Assembly (NCBI RefSeq): GCF_015706575.1
Contig: NW_024037061.1
Location: forward strand, 979,897-1,043,896
Origin: Patiria miniata
Lineage: Eukaryota
Direction: 5' to 3'
Length of the DNA stretch: 64,000 nt
Of the stretch, positions 1 through 11,165 are shown in pieces. Positions within the stretch are counted from its first letter, which is position 1, and the number at the start of each line of letters is the position of its first letter. The notes under the pieces were generated by a model that worked only from the letters and a program-made list of their open reading frames with translations, searched no databases and was not told where the DNA came from. The translations under genes and the position numbers were made by a program.

Positions 1-299
1 GTAGAAGGGAAAAACCACCACTTGTTGAAATTTCGTGCAAACTCCGCACGAGCGGCCGCGGGATGTGAGAAATGCCAGTTCGCTAACAACGGTCGTAAGA
101 GGGCGCCACTCAAAACTGCTATACCGAACGATCGCAATTACGAACAATTTCTGTGGATCCAATGATGTTCGGTATAGTGGTGTTTCAATGTACAACCAGA
201 AGTAACAAAGAAATAATTCCACGCAAAACAAGACTTTTCTACAAATTTCTAGCAAATTTTTGGGTTCACAATTTGAACAGGACACCCTAAACTGCAAAG

Positions 300-700
300 T
301 GTGCAAAATGAGATCACAGCAATAGCGCCCTCAGTTGTCGGGAAAGCATGGAACATTATTAAGTCCTTAGGAGGAGAACCAACCAAGTACCATACTGCGT
401 GATGTGGCGCACAACGCAGATGTACCGGTGTAGTGTGAATTTAGGACTACGAAATACCGACTCACTGGTAGTACTGCACATGCCTACATGAGGATTGTGA
501 ACATTTAACCAATAAAACGGTGCTGGCTCCAGATTTCTCAGGAGTCCAAATTTCATGTGACACTGGAAAAGTGTTTAAGACCAGCCAGCCATGTCTTTAT
601 CATTCGTTTTAAACCAGCCACGTGACAAACTCTCGACCAATAGGAATGGGTAAACTGTCTTAGGTATTCACGAATATATTACAAAGCTACTTTAATTGAG
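300..700 (-). repeat. Interspersed repeat; second copy at 29700-30000 (+) (ccattcctattggtcgagag..cacgtggc.gg..gataaagacatggct.gctggtcttaaacacttttccagtgtcaca..ttggtt.aa.gttcacaatcctca.gtaggcatg)
   Basis: About 250 bp of homology. Explains ORF-track ORFs 359-556(-) and 29742-29969(+), which share the peptide HWLNVHNPHVGM. Confidence 0.65.
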
Positions 701-762
701 AAGAGAAGCCTCCAGGTTTCATACATACCCTTTTTCATACATAGACCTTTTCGGAATCCTAC

Positions 763-889
763 CTTGGAATGTTTTCTTTACCCCATCTCTGTGAGCTGAT
801 AGTGCTAGCACTCAGTACTGAGCTCAGGTTAACGGGCTGTGTGTCCGTTGAACTAGTCTCACTGTGAGATCCGGGCGTATCTCGATCAT
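763..889 (-). CDS. REV3L: REV3L candidate exon 6; (G)DDRDTPGSHSETSSTDTQPVNLSSVLSASTISSQRWGKENIP
   Basis: Phase-compatible open exon with acceptor ttgccag and donor GTAGGA. It falls in a poorly conserved region of the protein, so support is splice and phase only. Confidence 0.45.
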
Positions 890-1120
890 CTGGCAATAAA
901 AAATAAAACAAATTATATCACGTTGCATAAATAACGTTCCATTTTTTTTTCTTTGAGATGACTTTCTTTGTATGATGGAATTTTTGTTTTGGAAAGATAT
1001 TTTATTTTCTTTTTTTTTAGAAGATGTAAATATTTAAAAACAAAGTTGATTTACAGAAGTTGTACTTAGTAAGTAGGGAATTTATATCGAATGAATATAA
1101 AGTTCAATCTCAAAACATAC

Positions 1121-1202
1121 CATTCTCGTTTTTTTCTCTACGGAACTTGACAGCCGCAAGGTGAATCAAGTTCATGCCATACAGGTTGTAGTCGATAAAA
1201 AA
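1121..1202 (-). CDS. REV3L: REV3L exon 5; FFIDYNLYGMNLIHLAAVKFRREKNEN
   Basis: Matches human LFIDYNLYGMNLINLAAVKFRK. Acceptor acttacag, donor GTATGT. Phase 0 to 1. Confidence 0.85.
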
Positions 1203-1264
1203 CTGTAAGTAAAAAAATAAAAATATAACATTTAAAAATTACTTGAAAATATTAAACTGCATGA

Positions 1265-1458
1265 TCAGGCACGTTTGTTTATGGTGTAAATCGAGGATTT
1301 TCTTTTGTTCCTCTTCCCTTTTCCTTTGTTTGTATGCTAACTTTTTCGCAACAGCTCTCACTGGTTTTCTAATCGAGTCGTCCTCGATTTGGTTCCTGTC
1401 CTCGATTCATCGATGATGTTGCTTGTGTGTGTCCTCGATTTACACCATAAACAAACGC
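1265..1458. mobile_element. MITE of about 195 bp with TIR GTTTGTTTATGGTGTAAATCGAGGA (REV3L intron 4)
   Basis: Terminal inverted repeats are directly visible. Two further copies lie in tandem at 14140-14525. Confidence 0.75.
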
Positions 1459-1700
1459 AGGAATTCTGTTTACCAAAACGAAATGGCAAATTTTTCCCCC
1501 AAAAATTTCAATTTGCCGGATGACCGCAGTGACGGTATAATTACGTCCGCATACGGCGCACCATCAGCAAGCAGACCATGAGCAGCAGAGAGCGCTTCAG
1601 TGTGTTGCTACGATGTGTAGCCACTCCCCTGCCTCCCCCCTTTTTTTGGTGGGGAGGGGGTGGTTTAAGCCCCTCATATACAACCCCTCCCCCAACTTAC

Positions 1701-1782
1701 CTGTAGGATGAATGGAATGTGGGCCTCGTGAGGTTGAAATACTTTGTTCATGACGGCTCCGCTCTGTAGCAGCTCAACGGCT
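1701..1782 (-). CDS. REV3L: REV3L exon 4; (R)AVELLQSGAVMNKVFQPHEAHIPFILQ
   Basis: Matches human RICELLQSGAIMNKFYQPHEAHIPYLLQ. Acceptor tgtgtcag, donor GTAAGT. Phase 2 to 0. Confidence 0.85.
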
Positions 1783-2125
1783 CTGACACAAAAAAGTTCA
1801 TTCAATTTTAAAGGCATATAGGATCATTTGCTTTTCATGCATTTTGTTTGTTTCCAATAATAACACCGCTCAAAATCCAAAGTACCGGTAGAAAGTTCAA
1901 AACCTAACCTGCTGAAGTGTCAGCTCAGTGCGTAAAAATGTTTCTAGAAAACTGTGAAATACCCTGCACAGCCAATAAAAATGTCAAAATAAAATTCAAC
2001 AGACATGATAGAAGACTATAGTGTGGCAAGTAATTGTTGATATTTACAATAAGCTCCTGATGCTAAATTCAGTATACAGATTTTTTCAATTCAAACTTGC
2101 TATTCTAGGTGATCAGTATAATTAA

Positions 2126-2643
2126 AGGGACACTAGGTCCTGAAATCCCCGAAAATGTTATGTTTTGGATTGTTTACTTAGCCTATTTCAAACATCTGGT
2201 TGAAAGGAAACCAACCTAATGTCTTACCCTTCCCGAGAAAATACGAAAAAAAACCCGCTTGTTTACATCAGACATGACGGAGTACGAATACATTTTTCGT
2301 GTCGTTCTCAGTGTGCGATATACACGTTGTGTGTCTCGGGAACAGCGGTGACCAATCACCAATGCAAAAAAAGTGGTTTCTTCAACGTCCGCAAAAGGCG
2401 AACACTTTACGAATGAAATCACAACTAGCATCCAAACAGCTCCAATTTATGGGGTCGCAAAAGTGGACCCCGAAATTCATTCTGGCACGCATAATACAGG
2501 AGTAACACAAAAACGCCCAGTTTTGAAAGGATAGTTGTGTGGATGTTTATATCCTACTTTGAAATGTTATTTTCCGATTAACATCATCTCGTTCAAAGCG
2601 CGTTTTGTAGCCCAATTGGGCTGTTCCAGGACCTAGTGTCCCT
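2126..2643. mobile_element. TTAA-flanked MITE (piggyBac-like target site), TIR AGGGACACTAGGTCCTG (REV3L intron 3)
   Basis: Perfect 17-bp TIRs with TTAA at 2122-2125 and 2644-2647. Confidence 0.7.
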
Positions 2644-2750
2644 TTAACCTGGGCTGAAAGTTACCGACTACAGTGAGACACATGTAATACTTTCATCTAC
2701 TCAACAATGTACCTTTTATACGTCGACATTAATTCCGGTTGTGGGCTTAC

Positions 2751-2825
2751 CTTTTCACCATGAGCGGATTATAGAAATAGACCTTGAGAAAGCGACGTGA
2801 TCTGCTGTGGTAGCCATACATTGGC
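2751..2825 (-). CDS. REV3L: REV3L exon 3; (V)PMYGYHSRSRRFLKVYFYNPLMVK
   Basis: Matches human MPFYGYHEKERHFMKIYLYNPTMVK. Acceptor ttgcaacag, donor GTAAGC. Phase 2 to 2. Confidence 0.8.
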
Positions 2826-3298
2826 CTGTTGCAAAAACAGAAAAAGAAAAATTTAACGTGAACTGTTATATTGAGGATGGCTTACATATGAGGTAACTTA
2901 GTGATAAGAATGTGACGTTTACATGTTTAAACAAAAAGACATTCTAAATCTGTTTAAAATTTTCCCCAAAATTTACTCGAATCCCGAATAAAATAAAAGG
3001 ACTTGTTTCGAGGAAAAGTTGCATGCATGAATTAAGCATGAATACCACTGTTTTTTTACCTGTGCAAACAGGAAATTTACTGTTCTTCCTTTTCCCATTG
3101 AATTAACCACAGCCAGACTCCATTTTTATCCTTGAAAATACAATTTAAGTTAATATTTACACAGAGCTTGATAAACTTTGCCTTTCTACAAACGAAAGAA
3201 ACAAAAAAGTAATAAATGAACGAAAACAGGAAGTGAAACAGAAAGCAATTTTGTGGCAAGTGTTGGACTTTAGCCAAGCGCGTAGCTTAACTACTTAC

Positions 3299-3488
3299 AC
3301 TGCCTGCACGCCGACAACTTTAAAGACGTGCTGCGTGTTACCAGACGCCTTCCCCATAGCAACCTGCAGGGCCAGGTCTAGGCTGGTGGCAAATTGCCGC
3401 AGGTCCTTGTCGGTTGCGAACTCCTGCGGGCCGCATTTCACGTAGAAGTACGGGAAGACGCCGTGGATGTGTAGGCATGTCTTCTGAC
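3299..3488 (-). CDS. REV3L: REV3L exon 2; (G)QKTCLHIHGVFPYFYVKCGPQEF...NTQHVFKVVGVQA
   Basis: Matches human REV3L GQKTCLHLHGIFPYLYVPY...TAQHVFKV. Acceptor ctctctacag, donor GTAAGT. Phase 1 in, phase 2 out, consistent with the flanking exons. Confidence 0.8.
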
Positions 3489-3810
3489 CTGTAGAGAGAG
3501 TGCATCGAACCACGAGGTCGTGGAATGAATATGCATGAGAGAAATGAATAATTCATGAGGTTGGCTTTTGTCTATCCAGTATGTAAGGGAACACCCCATA
3601 GATGTGAAGGTACATCTTCTGACCTGCGGGTAGAGTGGGTCAACCTATGAGGTCATGGATATGAATATGCATGAGACAAATGTTTAATCATGATGTACAT
3701 GTACGGTATGTACAGGAACATGGCGTGTTTAGGCATATCTTCTGACCTACAGGAAAGCGGGTCAAACTCGAAGGTCTTGGAATGAATATGCATGAGACAT
3801 CAGTTTAACA
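3440..3810. repeat. Tandem repeat, three units of about 125 bp, duplicating the REV3L exon 2 acceptor region into intron 1
   Basis: The units share ..catgtcttctgacctgtag..gaatgaatatgcatgagaNaaatg. Unit 1 overlaps the real acceptor and the start of exon 2. Confidence 0.75.
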
Positions 3811-3911
3811 GAGTGTGTAGTCTGGCCAGTCCACGTTAACATTTTATACCAACGTCTTGGCACCAAACACTGACTAGTCTAACTACAGACTCCCGTGTTT
3901 GAATTTACCTA

Positions 3912-4280
3912 AGGCCAAAAAAAAAAAGTCTCCGGTTTCTGGTATGCGCGCGTGTCGCCGTAGCCATGCACGTCGGCAAAATGAAAAAGTTTTTTTTTCA
4001 ATGAAAGATGATGTCTCAAAACCGCCAAACTCACTGGTTTGACTGGAATCCTGCTGCTGCACAATTTTAACGTGTTTTTAGATTGGGTTATGGTCAAGAA
4101 TAAGCTTTATGTAGCCTCTCTGGGCTCCCATATATTTGCACTAAGTTTAGTCGGGCACCATTTGCAGTCATCAGCCGACATTTGAAGCAAAAAAAATCAG
4201 GTAAAAAAAAAAAAAAAAGCCGCGTCGCCGCACCACTTTTTGGGCAAGCTCCATACCAGAAACCGGAGACTTTTTTTTTT
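3912..4280. mobile_element. PIF/Harbinger-like (Tourist-type) MITE, TIR GGCCAAAAAAAAAAAGTCTCCGGTTTCTGGTATG, TSD TAA
   Basis: TIRs of about 33 bp flanked by TAA at 3909-3911 and 4281-4283. A 3-bp TTA/TAA TSD is characteristic of PIF/Harbinger elements. Confidence 0.65.
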
Positions 4281-4998
4281 GGGCCTAATGGTTATCTGCG
4301 TGATTGACTGAATGGGAGTTGAGGTCAACAATTTTCATTTTAAAGTACTCATCAATTCCTAATGTTGTAATTGTAATGCTTTCTTTCTTTCGAAATTCCA
4401 ATTTATTGCCCTTCAATGGATGGGCCCAGTCAGGACACAAAATATATACAATGTATGCAAAAAACTAGGACGTTACACACGTTGCAGATCCCTATGCATG
4501 GTGCCCTGATGTGCTGTATTTTTGTAAAATCTCAGTGTTTTTTTTAGGTCAACTTATTGTCTATAGACCGAAATGTAAACCCCTGTCCACTGCGCACATG
4601 CATGGGAAACAACATGTGTATCTTTTCAATGCCACACTACTGCACATTTCAGCACTGAGTCTGTGTCATGTACAATACCATGTGCACATGGCACGGAACA
4701 CTGTGAGGGACATATTGAATGCATTGCCAACGGGGGTTGACCCTCTGCTGATGAGGTTACGTGTTTGTGAACATTCACAATAAAATTAGTGGTCCGTACC
4801 GGTACTTTGTGCTTATTTGCGCACCCACAAGTACATGTGCACACATCTTTCCCACTGAGGCTTTTAAAACCAGCCACAAAGCTTTCATACTGTTCATGCA
4901 TGGAGACTGGTTTCACTTTCAAATGATTCAGCCTCGAATAAAATCTTCAATAATTCAACCTCTACTAAATCACTATTTACAGAACGTCATTGGCTTAC

Positions 4999-5137
4999 CG
5001 AGGGGCGTGGCTCCAAATACGCGCAGAACCGGCACCTGCTTGACCTCCGACCCCCGGAAGTCCGAGTAGGCCACATCCAGGTCTCTGATTGGCTGGGCCT
5101 GGTAGTGATTGACCGTTACGATCCGAACGGAAAACAT
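4999..5137 (-). CDS. REV3L: REV3L exon 1 (start codon 5137-5135); MFSVRIVTVNHYQAQPIRDLDVAYSDFRGSEVKQVPVLRVFGATPLG
   Basis: Reverse-complement translation matches the N-terminus of DNA polymerase zeta catalytic subunit (human MFSVRIVTADYY...VPVVRVFGATPAG). First in-frame ATG after an upstream stop. Donor GTAAGC, phase 1. Confidence 0.85.
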
Positions 5138-5280
5138 GGCGGCGGTCAGCCAGATGTCATCCCCTCAATACGATGCTCTGACAAAATTGTTAAAAGTTGG
5201 GAAAAAATATTGAAATCACTTGCTTGAAGAACTTAATCACTTTGCATTTAATTATAAAGTTGAACACAGATATTGACTGG

Positions 5281-5390
5281 AGCGGGTTTGAACCTGTGAC
5301 CTCCGGATTGCCGTTCCGGTGCTCTACCAACTGAGCTATCCAGTCCTACCGGGGGTACTTGTATGTTGGCGGTTCCCCAATTTGTCAATG
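5281..5390 (-). mobile_element. tRNA-derived SINE, family A copy (head ggggaaccgccaacata..GGGCTGGATAGCTCAGTTGGTAGAGCACCGGAACGGCAATCCGGAGG..)
   Basis: tRNA-like A and B boxes but poor acceptor-stem pairing. Identical flanking head and tail in four copies. Lies about 145 bp upstream of the REV3L ATG. Confidence 0.7.
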
Positions 5391-6904
5391 TCATTGTTCG
5401 AGGGCACTATCCCCCACTATAATCAGAGACCGCCAACATGTACATGCAAACGTGTGTTCACCGTCGATCGTGGACGTCCTATTGTCCCTCTTTTGTTTGT
5501 ACTCTAACTTCTTAGGAAGACTCCCATAGTTTTGTACACGACCCCAATCGCGGACGTATGCTGGGAATCGTGGACGATATTGTTGTCTTTTGGTACAAGG
5601 TTTGAAAAGATGAACACGTACATGTATACATGCAAGGCATCACACCTAAGTTCACGATGCTCGTAACATCAGCAATGCCGTTAACTTGAGGAATAGCCAA
5701 CAGGGATCATGCATAGAGAATACAGCTTTTTATTACACATTAAATAAAGCACAAGGACATGAAAGAGAAAGTGACTATTATGCATACATGCATGTAGCCA
5801 CATACATAATAGTGCATCTACATGTAGTCAGTTTCTGTTTGTGGTTGATTTTACATAATACATTTTCGCTTTCTTAAATTGCAAAGTACATGTACATGGT
5901 TAGATCATGTTTCGTATTGTGCACCACAAAACAGGAATATGCAAAGCACACGTGTAGTGCAAGGCTCTATATGGATGAACACGTACCTTGTAATTAGGTA
6001 AACATTCGAAAATGAAAGTTTGCACAATTGATGCACTCATGTCTCCGACGCGTGCAATGGGGTGAGATTCGGAGGGGGGGGAATAAAAAATCCACCAACA
6101 ATCCACACTAATGGCCAATAAGTTTATGGATGTTGCCTATAAAGGGTAAAAGATGAGCTAGTGTATTCATAAGTTTTCTCCTATACTTTGCTAAAGCTGA
6201 AAGTGACTAGGACAAGGAAATACAAGAGATGATACCTTTGTGTAACACAGAGGCAAACACATTGCAAGGAAAAGGGTACTTAAGACAATTTCAGTTTCTA
6301 ATAGGCACTTTCATTTATCTCATAATTGCTCAATCGAAAATATAACAGTTTTGCACTGGCTTCAAAGTTATGATGTGATAAGGGTTACGTACGAACAAGG
6401 AAAGACATTTTGAGACAAATGTCCAGTCTGTTCCTACGTACTAATCCTTATTATAAAATATCAAATAATTCTTCACATTGACTCTGAGTTTTCTAGGTTT
6501 TGACTGACAGCATTCCTCCAGGGTACATCTTCTTAAATCAGACAACATTAGGGGATCATTAAATGTTATGCTTACAATGTACTTTGTGACTTTATCTAAA
6601 ATGTCTGTCCTTCGTTACGTACATGTACGTAACACTTTTAAAAACAATATCCACCGTATTTTCTAATTACATTGTACACAGTTGTTGAACTTACTTGCTA
6701 CAGCAATGGGTGGCCTTCCCCTTCTATTCCTCGGGGAATAATAGCTACTTGTCACTCTCTGTTGACATTTTTCAACAACAATGTTCGGTACCTTTTGTAC
6801 ACAAAAACCGAGAGGCAAGAATGATGTTCGGTATAGCTAAATGTTCGGTATAGCGGTGTTCGGTACAGCGACGTTCCACTGTACATATCGGGTACTGTAT
6901 GCTT

Positions 6905-7330
6905 ATGGGCAATTCCACGGTTACTCACGTTACATTTTTGATGTACTTTTGAGTTTCCTTGGGCTGTAATTACCTCACTGAAAAGGTTTAATAACTGTTA
7001 TCCCCATGGTAGATAGAGTAAACCTAGACCTACCTAAGCACCAAAGATGACATCCAGAAAAATGTGCTACATGTATGTATGATAAATAAGACGCACAAAA
7101 TCGGTTACTCACGTTACATTTTCGTAACGTGAGTAACCAATTTTGTACGTCTTGTTTATCATACATACATGTAATACATTTTTCTGGATGTCATCTTTGG
7201 TGCTTAGGTAGGTCTAGGTCTACTCTATCTACCATGGGGATAACAGTTATTAAACCTTTTCAGTAAGGTAATTACAGCCCAAGGAAAATCAAAAGTACAT
7301 CAAAAATGTAACGTGAATAACCATGGGATT
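6905..7330. repeat. Near-perfect hairpin of about 425 bp (arms of about 210 bp, centre near 7123)
   Basis: 6910-7120 is the reverse complement of 7126-7330, for example ttactcacgttacattttcgtaacgtgagtaacc at the centre. Confidence 0.8.
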
Positions 7331-10044
7331 GCCCTTATGTAGATAAATGTATTAACGATATATCACACTGTAGACGTATGTACATGGGTACAGTGCTTAA
7401 ATTACAAATGAGATACATTGTGGTACTTACTGGTACAGGAACAAGTACAAGTACAATGTCATTGCACATGTACCAGGTCAAGCAGGTACTTACATATGCA
7501 GGGGACAAACTGAAAGGATTTCAGAATCGTAAAATGCCATATGCTGTATTGTAATTCCCTTTGTCTACTGAATAAAGTTTGCATGTGTAATTTACACATA
7601 TATATTCTATACTACACATATGTTAACCATTAGCACATACATGTATGTATGTGTTTATTCACAGAAGAATCAATCAATAAAAACAAAAAGTGCCAGGGTT
7701 GTTTCGGGCGCTATACAGCAGGCATGCTTTTTTTTTTGTACAGCAGTACAGGGAGAAATACATGCACCGGTACATGATGTACGTAGGACGGTTTCAGGCG
7801 CAAAAATGTGACTAAAAGGGTTAAAGTGCGTACATGTCGTACAATGTATATGTGGGACATACATGTACATCGCAAATGTCCATGGTTTCTTTTCAGTCAC
7901 TCTACCTTTTGAGCATTTATGGCCTGCAAGTTTGGCTCCCAAAAAGGGGGTTACACACATACATTGTAGAGCTACATGTATCTAAGTCGGGAGCGATGAA
8001 ATTTAAAGTGACATCATGATACGACATCACATGACATGTGACGTCACATTAAAGGTGCAGTTTTCTAAGGCCTACATCTACAGAACAACATGTATATTGG
8101 TCCTGATCACTCTGCATTCTTCTTTTGCACAAGTTCTATCATCAGGCTATAACATGACATACATGTATGTATTCTAATTGCCGAAACAGCCATATGTTTG
8201 TCCACACAATAAACTGTTATTATAATACACGTTTATACACGAGGCGCGCTAGACATTAACAGACCATGCTACAATAATTCACATACATGTCTATCCAACA
8301 CCAGACACAAAAAGACTGTAAGCCATTCATCGCCATGGTAATCATGATAAATCTTGCCTGTCGTCATGACAACCAGCACTTCGTGGGCATCGTTCAGCAT
8401 GTTTAACAGCTAATTTTAATGCTTTTAAGAATCCTATGTAATAAATCTCAAGAAAACGGGATTGAACATTTGCAAATGAAAATATTTCAGAGTAATTTGG
8501 CACACGAAGCACTCTTTAAATACATGTATAATGTTTGCGCAGATCGTAATAGTCTGGTTCTAGACAATTTCAGAACTTTAAGAACAGTCACATCCCATTC
8601 TTGAAAATTTAAATAATTTTGTACATAAAATGTCTGTCAGAAAAAAAAAGATAGGTATTAACATAATACGTGCAGTATGGTATGCAATGGTTGTCTCAAA
8701 TTTATGTTGCCTGTGAAAATTTATCATTTGTTCAGTTTGAGTAATTCATACGTATGTAAATTGCAACTGCAGGTGTTTGGTTGCTGCTAATGTAGAAAAC
8801 ATGCATAATGTGCATGTTTAATACACGTGTAATAAAATTGTATTGACATAATTTATGTCTTTTACATGTGTAGCTACCAGTAGTACAACAAGTAGGCCTA
8901 ATATTGTTTCAAGGTCATTTTACTTAAATATTGGAAATTGTCCGTATGGTGGCAAATTTACTATGCATGATGCACCTTTGCTTCAGAACTATCAGCCAAA
9001 AGAAATGTGCATATTTGTATGAAGAATTGTTACCTGAGGAATTTTCAACAAAAACAAATTGCATTTTTTATTCACAGCCTCTGCAACCCTATTGAAAAAA
9101 TAAGGCTCTTGTTTTGGGTTATACTTTTGTGCAAAAACAGATTAGCCCTGTCATAGACTGGTTCTCAGTCTATACATTATCAGTTACAAAAGGGGTGAAG
9201 TAATATGTAATTATTCTTAAACTAAACCTGCCAATTGTTTCAGTCTGTGTGAAAAAAGAGAAAAAGAAGAACAAGTTAAAAACAACATCATTGTTTAAAA
9301 CTCAGACGCAACGTTACAATTTGTTTGGCCTGAATTTAAAATTTTCCTTCAATTTTCTGCAAATCTCTTCCCCCCCCCCCTTTTTTTTTTGCTTTAACTG
9401 AAGATCTCAGCCCAAAACCACTGAGACTACATGTTCCGGGTTTCGAAGATTATACCAACACTAGACAAAGCATGGCCAAGGCACTGTCAAATACATCCAT
9501 CACCATGGCAACCGCACAGGTTGCTATGGAAACAGCAACTGGCATAGTGTCCGCTTCTGATTAAAGAACCATTCCAGCCAACGAAGCATGAATGGTTCGA
9601 TTCTTTCGTAAGGTAAAATGATAATAGTTGGAAATATCGTAAAAAAAAGAGAGAAGAATACGAAAGTTGTCACACGTCTATTGTACCTTGGAAATTTGCT
9701 GATTTTGTGTAATTAAATTGCTTCACGGAATATGGTATCGGTACATGAACATTTTGTACATAATTGCGGTCATTAAAATAGGATTGCTGTAAGTCTGAAG
9801 CTAGCATGGTATACAAATAATAATTTCAAGGTGACATGGTGTATTCTATCTTGTCACCCCATGAAATTATTCTTTCCATTGCACGAATGTGAAACATGCA
9901 TCATTTGTTTTATAGAACACCAGAATAAACCCTCGTAATTTGATTGGTAAACTTGCAAACTGGTAACTACATGTATGAATGAATACACAGGGTAAGTAAG
10001 AAAAAAATGAAACCCAAATGGAAGGACCAATTTCCAAATGAAGT

Positions 10045-10430
10045 TTTGCTTGTAGCACTTTCAAAATCTAGGATATGAAAGCCCAATCAATAAGCTTTCT
10101 TTTACTACAAGAATCATTCCCAATCACTCATGTACTTTTCAAGAATTTTCAATACAAACACCATTTTAAAGTTCTGTCCTCGGATTACAAAAAAAGTAAG
10201 TGTTCCTTCAGCAAAACGGAATCAATTCACACACCTTTGTGAATTGTTTTGACCAGTCTTGCTGAAACAGCACTTACCTTTTTTTGTGATCCGTGGACAG
10301 AAATTTAAAACGGTATTTGTGTTCAAAATTCCCAGACTTGAAAAGTAAATCGATTGATTTGAATGAATTTTGTACTAAAAGAAAGCTTATTGATCGGGCT
10401 TTCATATCCTAGATTTTGAAAGTGCTACAG
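10045..10430. mobile_element. Foldback MITE of about 385 bp, TIR gtagcactttcaaaatctaggatatgaaagcccaatcaataagctttc
   Basis: TIRs of about 45 bp with a palindromic interior. Confidence 0.7.
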
Positions 10431-10989
10431 GCAAAACTTCATTGAGGAATTGGGCCTGCCATATTTTTTTTTTTTTTTTACTCACCCTGTACAGCATCGG
10501 AGCCATCAGATCTGTGCTATACCCCAACCAATAGTGTGACCATTCAATGGAAGTTCTATTTACCGTGGAATTGAACTTCATTTTGCAGTGCAGTGCACCG
10601 TGCAATGGGGTGAATAGTTCAATGACAAATGATCAACGACCAGCCAATCAGATGACTGGGATTTATTCAGGTGTTGAATAAGACCTGTCTAGGTTTGCCG
10701 GATATAATTTGATCTGAAGCTAGTTTGGAACATATCTCACAGTGATCTCAAATTGGAGTGAATACATTTTTGTTGGCGGCGCCAGTCTTTTGCCGTCAAA
10801 ATTGGCTCCAAATATGTTTAGATTTAGGCCAAATCCGGTGCAACATCAAATTTGTCAAAAAAACCCAAACAGAATTGTCAATGTTTATACCCACAACTTT
10901 GAAATAACAGGCCCGTAGGCAGGGGAGGGGGGGGGGAGGTCTGGGGTCGGACTACCTCCCCCCCCCCCCCCAATTTTGTTTTAAAAATT

Positions 10990-11165
10990 TTAACAACGGT
11001 CCAATGTGGTACAATGGTCACGGTGTTCGACTTGTATGCCGTGGTACATGGGTTCGAATCCCGACCGTGGGAACATGGTGCTTGTGCTCTTGAGCAAGGC
11101 ACTTTACCATTATTGCGTCATCCTTCGGATGGGACGTTAAGCCGTAGGCCCTGTGTGTTGTGTAA
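10990..11165 (+). mobile_element. tRNA-derived SINE, family B (GGTTCGAATCC B-box, then ..cttgagcaaggcactttaccattattgc..)
   Basis: tRNA-like 5' part with a conserved body motif, gtgtccttgggcaagccacttcacc or a variant, shared by many copies. Confidence 0.65.

Noticed and set aside
9481-9579. 32-codon ATG ORF (MAKALSNTSITMATAQVAMETATGIVSASD)
   Set aside because: Too short, no splice context and no conservation signal. Probably chance.
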